A DNA stretch of 64,000 bases from an uncultured Candidatus Saccharibacteria bacterium (GCA_965231045.1 OZ246406.1:450208-514207); one strand, 5' to 3'. Shown: positions 35,823 through 46,052, counted from the stretch's first letter. Notes: a model not told the origin generated them from the sequence alone. Numbers and translations are program-made.

Positions 35823-36653
35823 TTATCGTTCTAGCTTTTTAGCAATTCTACGACGTATTTCGTAGGCTGCCGTACCGGCCACTGATGTTGCACCAAAGAT
35901 ACCTAGCATGTCACCTGCACCCGTCTTTGGAAGTTCACGTGGTGTTGGTGTTGGAGTCGGTGTAGGTGTTGGTGAAACTGGCTTAACTTCTACTGTGTAA
36001 ACAACTACTACTACATATTCCCAGCATCCCCATTGGTCACCACTACCGAAGTTTGGGCTACCGATAGGAGTAGTACCATTAACAGCGCTGTCTGGTAGGC
36101 TCTTCCAGCCATATGGCTCAGAGTAGATGTGGACACTTGATGGAACAAGCTTTAGTTCTACATCACTACCACAGTTCAGTTTAGCTGTATCGCTAACACT
36201 AGCTGCGTTTGTTGCAGTTACCGTACCAGCGAAAGTAAAGTTCTTGCTCTTTACATTTAGAGGTGTAGTCATAGTTAGTTTTACACCGTGGGCAACAGAT
36301 GTACCGTTACCGTTATCGTTAGTACCTTCATAGGCACCATTGTGAATGTAGTCACGAACATCGAATTTTTCACCTACATTACAACTTGCATTTAGTGGAT
36401 CAACCCATGGGCTGTCTTGAGTTGGAGTTTCATTGTTGCCGTTGCTCTTTCGAACACGAACGAAATCTGACTCAGCACCGTTAGCTGGATTGTCATCTGT
36501 ATAGATGTTAAAAGCTGGAGTTGTAGGAGCTACGACTGTAGCAGCCTGCGCCTTCATGTTACCAACCATGGCAATAACAGCAGCAACAAATAATGCTACA
36601 AGTGAGCTGGCGATGATTTTACGAATTTTCATAATTATCCTTCCTTTTCCCAC
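35823..36653 (-). CDS. LPXTG-anchored surface protein
   Basis: Signal peptide. PTPTPTPTPTP linker, then LPKTGAG + hydrophobic segment + RRRIAKK, the classic sortase sorting signal. Confidence 0.8.
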   Translation of the reverse strand: MGKGRIIMKIRKIIASSLVALFVAAVIAMVGNMKAQAATVVAPTTPAFNIYTDDNPANGAESDFVRVRKSNGNNETPTQDSPWVDPLNASCNVGEKFDVRDYIHNGAYEGTNDNGNGTSVAHGVKLTMTTPLNVKSKNFTFAGTVTATNAASVSDTAKLNCGSDVELKLVPSSVHIYSEPYGWKSLPDSAVNGTTPIGSPNFGSGDQWGCWEYVVVVVYTVEVKPVSPTPTPTPTPTPRELPKTGAGDMLGIFGATSVAGTAAYEIRRRIAKKLER

Positions 36654-36659
36654 TCTTAC

Positions 36660-37181
36660 TTAATTTGTGTGCTGTGGAACAGACTGATTAGGACCAGTAG
36701 TTGGTGTAGGAACTTCTGTAGTACTACCGCCTGGGGTCGTAGTTACAGTTACGTTAGGTGTAGTTGTCGTTGTAGTAATAATCTCAGTGGTTGTAGTTGT
36801 AGGTCTAGTAGTTGTAGTAACTTCTGATGTGGTTGTAGTTGATTCACTAGTAGTTGGAGCAGAAGTAGTTACTTTAATGCTATCTGTTGGTGCAGGTTGA
36901 CCTTCAGTAGTAGTTGGACAGATTTTAACAATAGTATTACATACATGTCCTGTGGTTTCAGTTACAGCTGCAGGCACTACAGGTGCTTGAGCTTCTGAGT
37001 GGCCTGCGATACCAAATGCAGCACCAACTGTTAATGCACCGCCCAAAATACCGGCAGCAACTCGGTGTTGGTATGCCCAGTTCATTGGGTTTAACTTTTC
37101 CATAGGTGATCGATTCATAATATAACTTCTCCTCTTATTCTTTACTCCACGCATAGCAGCCACCAAACGAGATAACTCCAC
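36660..37181 (-). CDS. secreted Thr-rich protein (start uncertain)
   Basis: Signal/TM segment (AAGILGGALTVGAAFGIAG) followed by poly-Thr low complexity. Confidence 0.5.
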   Translation of the reverse strand: MELSRLVAAMRGVKNKRRSYIMNRSPMEKLNPMNWAYQHRVAAGILGGALTVGAAFGIAGHSEAQAPVVPAAVTETTGHVCNTIVKICPTTTEGQPAPTDSIKVTTSAPTTSESTTTTSEVTTTTRPTTTTTEIITTTTTTPNVTVTTTPGGSTTEVPTPTTGPNQSVPQHTN

Positions 37182-37277
37182 ACGTTTTCACTATTCTATC
37201 ACAGAATTCATACCTTGTCAACTACGGTTATCCTTATTTTGCCTCTTTGGGTAGTTGATTGTAAGGTACTACTAAAC

Positions 37278-38681
37278 TTAACCGTTATTCTGTGGTGAAG
37301 ACGAGACACTTACTAGGCCCCAGCGGGTAACATATCTGTTAGAATCACTACCGGTGCGACCTTCAGCATCGCTACACATATAGACAGACATAGTCGAGTT
37401 ATAAAAGAAGTTTTTATACTCTCGTATAGCTGTATCATTTGTGCCAGATACGATTTCAGAGCCAAGCATTACATAGTTATATGTACGGCCATCGTTACGT
37501 ACAACCGAGGCAATATCGCCAGGATTTAGAGAAGTTGCGTTAGCCAATGGCCCACTAAAAGTTGACCCATGACCATAAACCACAAAGTTGCCACCCGCAT
37601 CTGTTGGATAGCTAGAAGTTGGTATACCATCTACGGTTTGCTCATGACCTGCAATTGGCAAATATACATTAATATTGCCGCTGGGATTAGTGGTTTGATT
37701 GTTAATCAGATTTGAACGAGTTCGGTTTGAACGCTTGTAAGCATTTGCAGGCATTTTTTGCTCGGCATCAGTACAGATTTCTGGGCCGGCTGGATCGGGA
37801 ATCAATTTATCAATTGTAGCCTGACCACTTCCAACCATACCGCTAATTTTTTCATGCTCACTCGTCTCATAAACTTGGATATTTTCACAAAGAGCCGGGA
37901 TATTAATTGTTGCAATCATGTCGCCAGGCTTTGCGGTGAATTTTACTGGTGGTTTTGGTGCTTCAGTAGTTGTTGGCGCTACAGTTGTTGGAGCAGCGGT
38001 TGTAGTTGGTGCTTCAGTAGTCGGGGTCTCAGTTGTTGGTTCTGGAGGTGTAATCTTTGGTGCTTCAGCGGCGGCTGGGACTGGTCTCATACTAGAAAAT
38101 TCAGCAACACCCACAATAGCACCAGTTATAACAGTGGTACCGACAGTTATCGCACCAAGTACAACACCAACCCTTTTGGCGCTTGGTTTAACCGTTTCCC
38201 AAGTTCCTGATAAGGCATCCTTAACCTTTGGAAGTTGTGGCGTCCGACGTGCTCGCTTAGGCTTTGGTGAAACAATAGTCACGTCTGGGGTCTCTGAAGA
38301 TTTCGCGTATGTGCGTTTGGCATCAAGTTCACTAACAATCGGAGCGTTAATTACAGGTTTTTTCCATGGTCCTAATGGGATAGCAGGCATGATATCCTCT
38401 ACAACTGGCTCAATAATTGGGCTTACCTCTGGAATAATAGGCTTCGGCTGAAAGTCTTGATAAGTTGGATATTGTTTCTTCTTGTGAGTATCCTTGAGGT
38501 GATTTTTGAGGATTTTATCGATATTAACTTCTGTGAGACCCTCGACGCGAGGCATATCAATACCTGAACCAACAGCATGTAGTGGCCCAATTTCTGGCAT
38601 TACTGTCTCTGTTACAGAGCCTAGGAACGCCTCGATATTGAAATCATTTCGTGTCTCTACAGACATATATAAACTCCTCAC
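37278..38681 (-). CDS. sortase-family transpeptidase with long N-terminal region and Pro/Thr linker
   Basis: The C-terminal region aligns to the sortase pattern: VVYGHGSTF...LNPGD...YNYV...MSVYMCSD (TLxTC-like Cys) ...NRYVTRWGL (Arg). Confidence 0.6.
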   Translation of the reverse strand: MRSLYMSVETRNDFNIEAFLGSVTETVMPEIGPLHAVGSGIDMPRVEGLTEVNIDKILKNHLKDTHKKKQYPTYQDFQPKPIIPEVSPIIEPVVEDIMPAIPLGPWKKPVINAPIVSELDAKRTYAKSSETPDVTIVSPKPKRARRTPQLPKVKDALSGTWETVKPSAKRVGVVLGAITVGTTVITGAIVGVAEFSSMRPVPAAAEAPKITPPEPTTETPTTEAPTTTAAPTTVAPTTTEAPKPPVKFTAKPGDMIATINIPALCENIQVYETSEHEKISGMVGSGQATIDKLIPDPAGPEICTDAEQKMPANAYKRSNRTRSNLINNQTTNPSGNINVYLPIAGHEQTVDGIPTSSYPTDAGGNFVVYGHGSTFSGPLANATSLNPGDIASVVRNDGRTYNYVMLGSEIVSGTNDTAIREYKNFFYNSTMSVYMCSDAEGRTGSDSNRYVTRWGLVSVSSSPQNNG

Positions 38682-38736
38682 GAGTTAATCTAAAACTACC
38701 ATAATAACAGAGAAATGTCAATGGCAAGCATTAGCT

Positions 38737-40944
38737 TTATTTAGGCGGGGTCTGTTCTTCCTTAGGTTTAGCAGGAGCCTTAAAATGATCTGGTGAAAGA
38801 GCTGATTTAGCGAATGAGAAACCAAACGTACTGCCCTTGCCTTCCTCACTATGGAAAATAAGTGCTCCGCCTTGCGCCACAATAACTTTCTTGGCCATAA
38901 ATAACCCTAGACCCGTGCCATCTGGCCGAGCTTTTTTGGCATTGCCAGCTCGATAAAACTTACCAAATAAATGGTGTTGTTCTTCTTTAGGCACGCCAAT
39001 CCCATCATCAACAACTGTGAATTCTATGCTATCGCCTTTATCTTCAAGATTAACCTGAATGTGTCCGCCGGCTGGTGTGTAATAGATAGCGTTGTCGGCA
39101 AAGTTCATAATTACCTGCCGGATCTTGGTATCATCAAGCATAAGTGTCGGGAACTCTTTTGGCTTATGATAAGTAAGTTCCAGATCACGTCCTTTGGCCG
39201 TCTCTGTAAGTTGAGAGATTTCCCCTTCAACAACCTCAGCCAGGTTAGTTGGTTTAGGCTCAATGATAAATTTACCAGTACGAAGTCTAGAGACATTCAA
39301 TAGATCAGCAATCAAATACACCATACGTTGGGAACTTATAAAGGCTTGGTCGAGCAGCTTCTTTTGAGCGGCACTAATCTTACCGGCGTCACCCTCCATG
39401 ACCATGCTGACATAGCCTTTAACAGAGGTAAGCGGAGTACGTAACTGGTGTGAGGCCATGCTAATGAAGTCATCTTTGGTTTGATCCATCTGCTTCAATT
39501 TTTCATTTGTTCGCCTTAGCTGTCTTGTAGCTTCATTAACTTTCTCCTGCAAAGTTTCGGCAAAATTCTGAATTTCTTCAAACCTTAGCGAGTTTTGGAT
39601 AGCAATAACCAACTCATCTGATATGATCTCAAGCATTTTTGTATCTTGTGATGAATAAGGATTCCCACTCTTTTTTGGCCCCAGAATAATATAACCTAGT
39701 CCTTCACTTACCTTTTTCGGGGTATCCGTGAGTCTTGCTATAACAGATATATTGTTTCTTCTTAAGATTTCTCCTAAACCTCTATTTTCTTCACCAAGTT
39801 CGTCAGCAACTATTATCTTTGTGTGCATCTTAGGGGTTACTTCACGAGTATAGTTGATATCCTCTTCCGGGAAGTTCTTCGATGCATCACCAACAATACG
39901 TCTAGGTGTACTTCCCATCTCCTTTATCCCGAAAACGCAAAATTCTGATTTTAGAGTCTGCCCAATAACAGTTGAACTTTTTTTAAGTAGTTCTTCTAGC
40001 TCAATTGTTCCGACAAGCACTTTATTCAATTGATCTATCAGAACCTGGGGCTCATATGCATCCCGATAAAAAAGCCTGTTCGTAAATTTATCAAAGAATT
40101 TCTTTGCCGGAGGAAAGGAGAACGCCAGAACCACAGCTAACACAACATAAAATACCTGCTCGTTAAATGATAAATGAGTCTTGAATGCAAAAATATTGGC
40201 AATATTAAATGCAATTAGCGAATAAACTGCACCTAGGAAAATTATTGACAACGCATAACCTAGAGACCTAGCAACAATTAAGCGTATATCAAATAATTTA
40301 TGCCTAATAATCGCATATGCTGTTGCCCCAACAAAAAACACCGTGCCTGCCGGACCAAGTTTGGCAGTAACCCAACTTGTAACAAAGATTGGAAGAATAA
40401 CATTGAAAACTAATGCCCAGATAAAACTAGACATAAAACCAAATGCAACAAACTGAGCTTGCATTTTTTCAATCTGATCAACTTTATGTCGGTTTTTAAT
40501 GTAAACAACTAGGGCATATGTAAAAAGTAGTAGAACAATTACTGTGTAACCGTTATACATCAAACCTGGAACTACATCTGTACCGTCAGTACGAACTTTT
40601 ACTCCATAAACAACGAGGTTTGTTACACTGAAAATAATACCTACTGCGGTTACGAATGTAACATATAGTAAGCCTTTCTTTGTAAAACCAAGCTTTAAGG
40701 GGAAAACTCTTGAAAAAAGAGCTAATAATCCTGAGACTACTACTGGGAAGAAAAAAGCTGCTTTTGCGAAGAAAAGCCTTAGGTCAGGAGAAGCATTATC
40801 TGTAAAATAACTTGATATACTCCATAAACAAATTGAAAGGCTCATCGCCAAGAATATGCGATTAACAGCTGATTTTGTATTTCTTGCAAAAACTAGAAAA
40901 CCTACAAAAGCATTAATTAAGACAATGAAAATCAAGATTGCCAT
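38737..40944 (-). CDS. sensor histidine kinase with polytopic N-terminal membrane domain
   Basis: About 8 TM segments. HisKA H-box MASHQLRTPLT. HATPase N/G boxes (NFADNAIYYTP, DDGIGVP, GTGLGL). Confidence 0.85.
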   Translation of the reverse strand: MAILIFIVLINAFVGFLVFARNTKSAVNRIFLAMSLSICLWSISSYFTDNASPDLRLFFAKAAFFFPVVVSGLLALFSRVFPLKLGFTKKGLLYVTFVTAVGIIFSVTNLVVYGVKVRTDGTDVVPGLMYNGYTVIVLLLFTYALVVYIKNRHKVDQIEKMQAQFVAFGFMSSFIWALVFNVILPIFVTSWVTAKLGPAGTVFFVGATAYAIIRHKLFDIRLIVARSLGYALSIIFLGAVYSLIAFNIANIFAFKTHLSFNEQVFYVVLAVVLAFSFPPAKKFFDKFTNRLFYRDAYEPQVLIDQLNKVLVGTIELEELLKKSSTVIGQTLKSEFCVFGIKEMGSTPRRIVGDASKNFPEEDINYTREVTPKMHTKIIVADELGEENRGLGEILRRNNISVIARLTDTPKKVSEGLGYIILGPKKSGNPYSSQDTKMLEIISDELVIAIQNSLRFEEIQNFAETLQEKVNEATRQLRRTNEKLKQMDQTKDDFISMASHQLRTPLTSVKGYVSMVMEGDAGKISAAQKKLLDQAFISSQRMVYLIADLLNVSRLRTGKFIIEPKPTNLAEVVEGEISQLTETAKGRDLELTYHKPKEFPTLMLDDTKIRQVIMNFADNAIYYTPAGGHIQVNLEDKGDSIEFTVVDDGIGVPKEEQHHLFGKFYRAGNAKKARPDGTGLGLFMAKKVIVAQGGALIFHSEEGKGSTFGFSFAKSALSPDHFKAPAKPKEEQTPPK

Positions 40945-40966
40945 GAATACTGCTTATTTTAATTTA

Positions 40967-41809
40967 CTAATCTATTTCCGGCAAAACATATTCAAACTCA
41001 AGACCAGAACTTTTTGTATATAAATCATATATATCTTCGCTAAAAGCTTTCACTTTCTCTAGCCCTGTATAAAGATCAGTATAAACAGGTATGCTAGCCT
41101 TTGAACCTTCAAAAGGCTCAAAATCAGTCCCCTCGAAAGGAGTAAAAGGCTCACCCCAAGCCTGCATCATATTATAAATGTGGCTATCTACTATAGTTGC
41201 CCAGTGATTGTAACCATTTGCTAGTGACCATCTTACACAGGTGGAGTAAAGCACTGCGCTTGCACCATCCTTTGAATGGCCACTAGAATACTCTGGCATT
41301 ACAGCCATGGTAGTAATATCAACTGTATGATCAGGATCATATCCCATTTCAAGTTTTCTTTTTTCAGGTGAATCATCTTGCGATTTCCAAAGACTATTTG
41401 GTGCAACTATAGCATCAATCGTTATTAGCGAGTCATTTACTGGCTTAACAATCCTGATATTGCCTACCGGCTTTTGATTCTCATAATCTACAATTATCAA
41501 GAAAGTACTTGCCTCATCATATGGTTCATACATTTCTTTCATTTTGCCAATGTCATTTTTAAAACGCACCTCAAAGTTTTTCCATTCAATAAACCTAGCA
41601 ATATCAGATAATGGATTACTGCCGTCTACAATGTGAACGCCAAGATTTCTCCCCTGACGTATTTCATCGCTTGGGGTCAATTCACCAATTAATTCACTGA
41701 TTCGTTCTGGTTGCAAAGCTTCTATTGACCAATCAGCAACCCAGTCAGAAGAAGTATTGTCTATGTGTGGTCTTTCGGCATCAATCGAACTTTGTATATC
41801 TAAAGACAT
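40967..41809 (-). CDS. GNAT-fold (Acetyltransf_5 / N-acyl amino acid synthase-like) protein
   Basis: The pattern ...YEPYDEASTFLIIVDYENQKPVGNIRIV... and ...DITTMAVMPEYS... resembles the OlsB/LuxI-like acyltransferase fold. Assignment is tentative. Confidence 0.45.
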   Translation of the reverse strand: MSLDIQSSIDAERPHIDNTSSDWVADWSIEALQPERISELIGELTPSDEIRQGRNLGVHIVDGSNPLSDIARFIEWKNFEVRFKNDIGKMKEMYEPYDEASTFLIIVDYENQKPVGNIRIVKPVNDSLITIDAIVAPNSLWKSQDDSPEKRKLEMGYDPDHTVDITTMAVMPEYSSGHSKDGASAVLYSTCVRWSLANGYNHWATIVDSHIYNMMQAWGEPFTPFEGTDFEPFEGSKASIPVYTDLYTGLEKVKAFSEDIYDLYTKSSGLEFEYVLPEID

Positions 41810-42150
41810 TAAAATTCCTTGTAATCAAGATCTGTGGCTTCAAAAAAATCGTGCGTAAAGTTAATCGCATCTTGAACATCAAACTTCTTACAAGTATAAA
41901 TATCAACGCTAAAAAATAAAATGGGCTGTTCCCAGGCATAAAAATGAGCCCCAGAACTCTCCCAGTGAATCCAACCAGCCTCACCATATTTATCGGAACG
42001 GTGCGTAACTGGATCTAGCAAGGTCTTCATACCAATAACATCAGACAGCTTTGACAAATATTGCTTGATTTCATGAGCAGTTATATTTTTCTTTGGATAG
42101 CCTTCAATTACTGCTCTTTGTCTATAAATTTGTGGCGCAAGATCTCTCAT
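41809..42150 (-). CDS. S-adenosylmethionine decarboxylase-like pyruvoyl enzyme (SpeH/AdoMetDC fold)
   Basis: WESSGAHFYAWEQ...VDIYTCK aligns to ESH-LTIHTWPE...IDLFTCG of class-1 AdoMetDC, including the E-S self-cleavage site. Confidence 0.6.
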   Translation of the reverse strand: MRDLAPQIYRQRAVIEGYPKKNITAHEIKQYLSKLSDVIGMKTLLDPVTHRSDKYGEAGWIHWESSGAHFYAWEQPILFFSVDIYTCKKFDVQDAINFTHDFFEATDLDYKEF

Positions 42151-42183
42151 GTATTTCCTAGGTTTATGCTTAATGATTTATGT

Positions 42184-42231
42184 ACAAAAAATACGACATG
42201 ACAGAGGAATAAGATCCTCACATGTCGTATT
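42184..42231 (-). terminator. intrinsic terminator after the ABC operon
   Basis: 11-bp stem AATACGACATG/CATGTCGTATT with an inner GAGGA/TCCTC helix, followed on the minus strand by TTTTTTG. Confidence 0.7.
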
Positions 42232-42292
42232 CAATCTTCTAAAGTACAAATAATATTTTAGCAAATTATAGTCAATAGATCAACTACAATGT

Positions 42293-43033
42293 TTATGGTT
42301 TAATTACGCTTCCGTCTCTTAGCTCAATCACTCTTTCAGCATGGTTCTTTATATTTGGCTCATGTGAGACGCAGATGATAGATGTACCTGCATATTGGGT
42401 AATATCAAAAAAGAGTGATAATGTTCTCTCCGTCATCTTTGAGTCAAGGGCTGCCGTAGGCTCATCGGCAACAACAAGTTCGGGTCTATGCGCAAACCCA
42501 GCAACGATGGCTACTCTTTGAGCCTCACCACCAGATAGCGCTCCAGCATATTTTCCTAGATGTTTCGAAATCTCTAAATTATGAATCAAGAAGTCAAGCC
42601 ACTCTGGATCCAGTTTATTACCCCTGGCTTGTTGCGGTAATTTTATGTATTGTTCCGCAGTTAAATATGGGTCTAGATAAGGATTCTGAGCAATGTATCC
42701 AAGATATCTTGAGCGATATGCAGCCAGGTAACGTTCCGCTTTTGTTTCTAGTCTTAACTTTTTAACTGCCCTACCTAGAGTTGATTCAGATACCATGGAC
42801 CTATTAACAAATGATCCCTCATTAATACCAGTATGACTAACAGAACCTTCTGTAGGTTTTTGAAGACCGTGAATTACAGACGCAAACGTGCTTTTCCCGG
42901 CACCAGATGGACCAATTATTGCTGTAAAGCCAGAATGAAAATCAACCGATACATCATCTAAAACAATTGCGCCTTCCCTTACTACACTAACACCTTCTAC
43001 TTTAATGATTGGGTCACTTTCTAAACTACTCAT
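42293..43033 (-). CDS. ABC transporter ATP-binding protein
   Basis: Walker A GPSGAGKST, signature LSGGEAQR, Walker B LVVADEPT. Confidence 0.88.
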   Translation of the reverse strand: MSSLESDPIIKVEGVSVVREGAIVLDDVSVDFHSGFTAIIGPSGAGKSTFASVIHGLQKPTEGSVSHTGINEGSFVNRSMVSESTLGRAVKKLRLETKAERYLAAYRSRYLGYIAQNPYLDPYLTAEQYIKLPQQARGNKLDPEWLDFLIHNLEISKHLGKYAGALSGGEAQRVAIVAGFAHRPELVVADEPTAALDSKMTERTLSLFFDITQYAGTSIICVSHEPNIKNHAERVIELRDGSVIKP

Positions 43034-44511
43034 AGAGTATGCCCCTTGCTAAGATCCATATTTGAAGCCTCGCGTCGTATAGCTATAGCCGTCCCAGCCT
43101 TATTTATTCCATAATTTATTCCTACAATACAAAGAACAGTCTTAACACTCGGAGCCAATGCGGCTCCAGGAATACCAGTATTAGTATATACATCCGCTAG
43201 TAGCACAACTGGTATAGCAATAAGGGATGAGTATAGTGCCTCTGATTCAGCAATTTCTGAATACTTTTTACTAAGTGCATGCTTATCCAGTCCATTAGCA
43301 CCCCAGACAGTGTTAATTCGTGTATTTTCTTTTAACCTATTCCTAGCCCTATTACCTAAGGCTGCTGCCGCAAGCAATGATGCGACCGTCATTGCCTGAA
43401 GAACCAACGGGTTAACACTGTTTTCACCTGTTTCTTTACTATTCTGTACGAATTTATCAACAGGAACAACAAATGCACGATCTGTTAGAGTGTCTGGGGA
43501 AAGCCCTTGCTCAGCCAAAAGTTTTTGAATCTCAGTTTTTTGACCTTGTGCAAGTATTAGAGAATATGGCTGATCTGGGGTATTTCTAACACAGCGTGCA
43601 AAATCTTCATTATTAAATAGTACAGGTAGTAGGTTTAACCCACTTTTCTCCTCAATAACATTATTAACAGTTAAAGTCAGCCCATCCATAGTAAAGGTTT
43701 CACCCTTTTTGACGCCAAGCTCTTTTGCAACATCTACAGAAATTTCTTTACATTCTTTATCAGCAAGTGGAATTTGTGTTGTTTCACTTGGCAAACTACC
43801 TGTAAGTAGTTGGATTTTTGTCCCTTCTTCACCCTTACGCTGGCCAGAATGCCACTCCCAGGTTCCTGGCACTGCCGTTATATTATGCTCTTTGGCATGT
43901 GCTAAAAATCCATTTGCTCTATTAATTGAAATACTAGTGTTATTAGCTAATTCTGGTACTGGAGTATTAGATATAACATAATTTCCAATATTATCACTTG
44001 GTCTTTCCGCCCCAAGTATATTCGCGAAATAATCAGCAACTTTTGCTTGTGAACTACTTACTTCGTGAGCAGTATCAACAAAATTACCTATCATTGCACC
44101 CGTACCTACAACGATCAAGCTTGCTTGTGCGACCCTTCTACCAACCGAACCTCTTGACTGATTTCTGGCATGAGCCATTTCATGTATAGCTTGATCCTCA
44201 GAGCTAAACGCCCGCCTAATATGCCCGACGCCCCTCTTAACAAGTAATCCAGCTCCTAAAATTGCTCCGCCTTCCACAGCTAAATTAAAAGCATTTGCTA
44301 GCCCATCAGATGGGCTAACTGAATCGCTCGCAGTGCTGACTATAGGGCTGTCAAGATTTGTGTTTTCGTGCGTAACAACACCCACTCCTGCAGCCACACC
44401 TCCGAGCATAATTAAACCCGTAGCAACTTGTCCAAATTTTCGCCTTAAAGCATTGTTATATTCAGATTGAGACCCAGATTCAGCACCACCAATTTTAGCT
44501 AGTTCAGACAT
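43030..44511 (-). CDS. FtsX/MacB-like ABC permease with large extracytoplasmic domain
   Basis: N-terminal TM, an ~300-aa extracytoplasmic region, and C-terminal TM cluster. ATGA coupling to the ATPase gene. Confidence 0.6.
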   Translation of the reverse strand: MSELAKIGGAESGSQSEYNNALRRKFGQVATGLIMLGGVAAGVGVVTHENTNLDSPIVSTASDSVSPSDGLANAFNLAVEGGAILGAGLLVKRGVGHIRRAFSSEDQAIHEMAHARNQSRGSVGRRVAQASLIVVGTGAMIGNFVDTAHEVSSSQAKVADYFANILGAERPSDNIGNYVISNTPVPELANNTSISINRANGFLAHAKEHNITAVPGTWEWHSGQRKGEEGTKIQLLTGSLPSETTQIPLADKECKEISVDVAKELGVKKGETFTMDGLTLTVNNVIEEKSGLNLLPVLFNNEDFARCVRNTPDQPYSLILAQGQKTEIQKLLAEQGLSPDTLTDRAFVVPVDKFVQNSKETGENSVNPLVLQAMTVASLLAAAALGNRARNRLKENTRINTVWGANGLDKHALSKKYSEIAESEALYSSLIAIPVVLLADVYTNTGIPGAALAPSVKTVLCIVGINYGINKAGTAIAIRREASNMDLSKGHTL

Positions 44512-44575
44512 TTAATTCTCACTTAATTTAACTAATTTTATGAGTATATGCCTCTATTGTCAATTATATTGTATT

Positions 44576-45514
44576 TTATGTCTGTCTAGGCTCAATTGTA
44601 TACTTATGAAAAAAGTTGCATGTTCCTAGAGTAAGCATAAACATCCTTAGTTCATCAAGGCCGTAGTCCGGGCCCAGATTTACATACGTATATCCTTGCT
44701 CAATGAATCTTTTTGCAAACATATATCCCAGTATTTCAAAACCAAAGGTAAGCCTGTTGGTAGCTTTAATATGCTTCATGACAACATACTTACCGTCGCT
44801 TGAGGGTTGATAGAGACAAAATCCCCAAATTTTGCCGTTAACAAATAGGCATAGATTATCCACTCCAAGCTTATCAGAGTTAATAATATAATTCTCAATG
44901 CACTCACCCTCTATAGAGCCAAAGTCATTTAGTTTATTTTTTACTCTCCATTTAGCTGCTGCATTTAGTAAAAGATCTCTCTCTGATTTAACTTGCAGAT
45001 CTAAACTTGTTACCGATATCTTTTTATCTTCTAAAAAGTTAATAACTTTAGCTGCTACGCGTTGCCAGTGTGGCGCCATATTTTTCAGCGGATAGAAATG
45101 GGAAAGTGGCAACACATATTCATTCAAATGTCTTTGCTCTTTAAACGTATACATATCATGATATCTGATAAAACTAAGCACGAACTCTGGAACATTTACT
45201 AGTCTCGCTGGATCACCTTTTTCTCTTAGATAATCGAAAATTGCACATATAGACTCATCAATTTTTCTAGTCCCAACAATTGATAGACCAGTATTTTCTT
45301 CATCTCCAGGCATCCAATACGGTATTACCAGATTTCCATTAAGCTCACTAACCGATATATCGCCTAGAGGGTTCCACCATGACATTAATCCTGGGAAAGA
45401 AATATCATATATGGGTGGATAATTTCGAATTGCCAACTCATATTCGTCCTTTTTTTCCCATGTTAATTTACTAAACTCTGGGAAGGATTTGAAAGTAGAA
45501 AGCCTGGTCTTCAT
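44576..45514 (-). CDS. soluble DUF2156 (LPG-synthase C-terminal / aa-tRNA-dependent transferase fold) protein, paralog 1
   Basis: 312 aa with no TM. NYPPIYDISFPGLMSWWNPLG...LSIVGTRKIDESI... and C-terminal NLGPDYGLDELRMFMLTLG fit the DUF2156 pattern. Clear paralog of 46433-47416. Confidence 0.55.
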   Translation of the reverse strand: MKTRLSTFKSFPEFSKLTWEKKDEYELAIRNYPPIYDISFPGLMSWWNPLGDISVSELNGNLVIPYWMPGDEENTGLSIVGTRKIDESICAIFDYLREKGDPARLVNVPEFVLSFIRYHDMYTFKEQRHLNEYVLPLSHFYPLKNMAPHWQRVAAKVINFLEDKKISVTSLDLQVKSERDLLLNAAAKWRVKNKLNDFGSIEGECIENYIINSDKLGVDNLCLFVNGKIWGFCLYQPSSDGKYVVMKHIKATNRLTFGFEILGYMFAKRFIEQGYTYVNLGPDYGLDELRMFMLTLGTCNFFHKYTIEPRQT

Positions 45515-45632
45515 CTGGGCAACCTCTTATTGCCCCTTGTTATATATTAATTTCGCTAAAAATACAACGATAAGCATCACTTTTATTTGAACGATCTACT
45601 ATTTATCTGTTACATTTAATTAAACTAAGCTT

Positions 45633-46016
45633 ATGCAGTCTAAACAAAAAATAGTAATCGTAGAGGATGAGCCGTCGATACAAGAAATGTATCGGATGAA
45701 GTTAAACTTATCCGGGTTTGACGTACAAACCGCAAATAATGGCGAAGATGGGCTAAAAGTAATCGATGCTTTTGAACCTCACCTGATTTTGCTCGATCTT
45801 AAGATGCCAGTTATGAGTGGTGACATCATGCTTGAAAAACTGCGTGAGACCAAAAAAGGCGCAGAGATTCGTGTAATAGTTCTCACAAACATTAGTCGTG
45901 ATGAAGCGCCACACAATCTGCGATTCCTAAATGTTGATCGGTATATTGTAAAAGCACATTACACACCGACACAGGTGATAAATGTCGTTGAAGAAGTTCT
46001 TGGTATAAAGAAGTAA
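45633..46016 (+). CDS. stand-alone response-regulator receiver protein (CheY-like), copy 1
   Basis: 127 aa. EDE acidic pair, phospho-Asp context ILLDLKMP, VLTN, and VKA Lys. Confidence 0.85.
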   Translation: MQSKQKIVIVEDEPSIQEMYRMKLNLSGFDVQTANNGEDGLKVIDAFEPHLILLDLKMPVMSGDIMLEKLRETKKGAEIRVIVLTNISRDEAPHNLRFLNVDRYIVKAHYTPTQVINVVEEVLGIKK

Positions 46017-46052
46017 GCTTGCAGTTGTAAGTAATAAGCGTACCATGAGGAT

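Noticed and set aside
35940-35975. Short tandem GGTGTTGG-type repeats, plus the T-rich repeats at 36700-36900 and 37960-38060, considered as a possible CRISPR or satellite
   Set aside because: They are in-frame coding repeats (PTPTPT and poly-Thr/PTT linkers) within surface-protein genes. They have no spacer-repeat periodicity.
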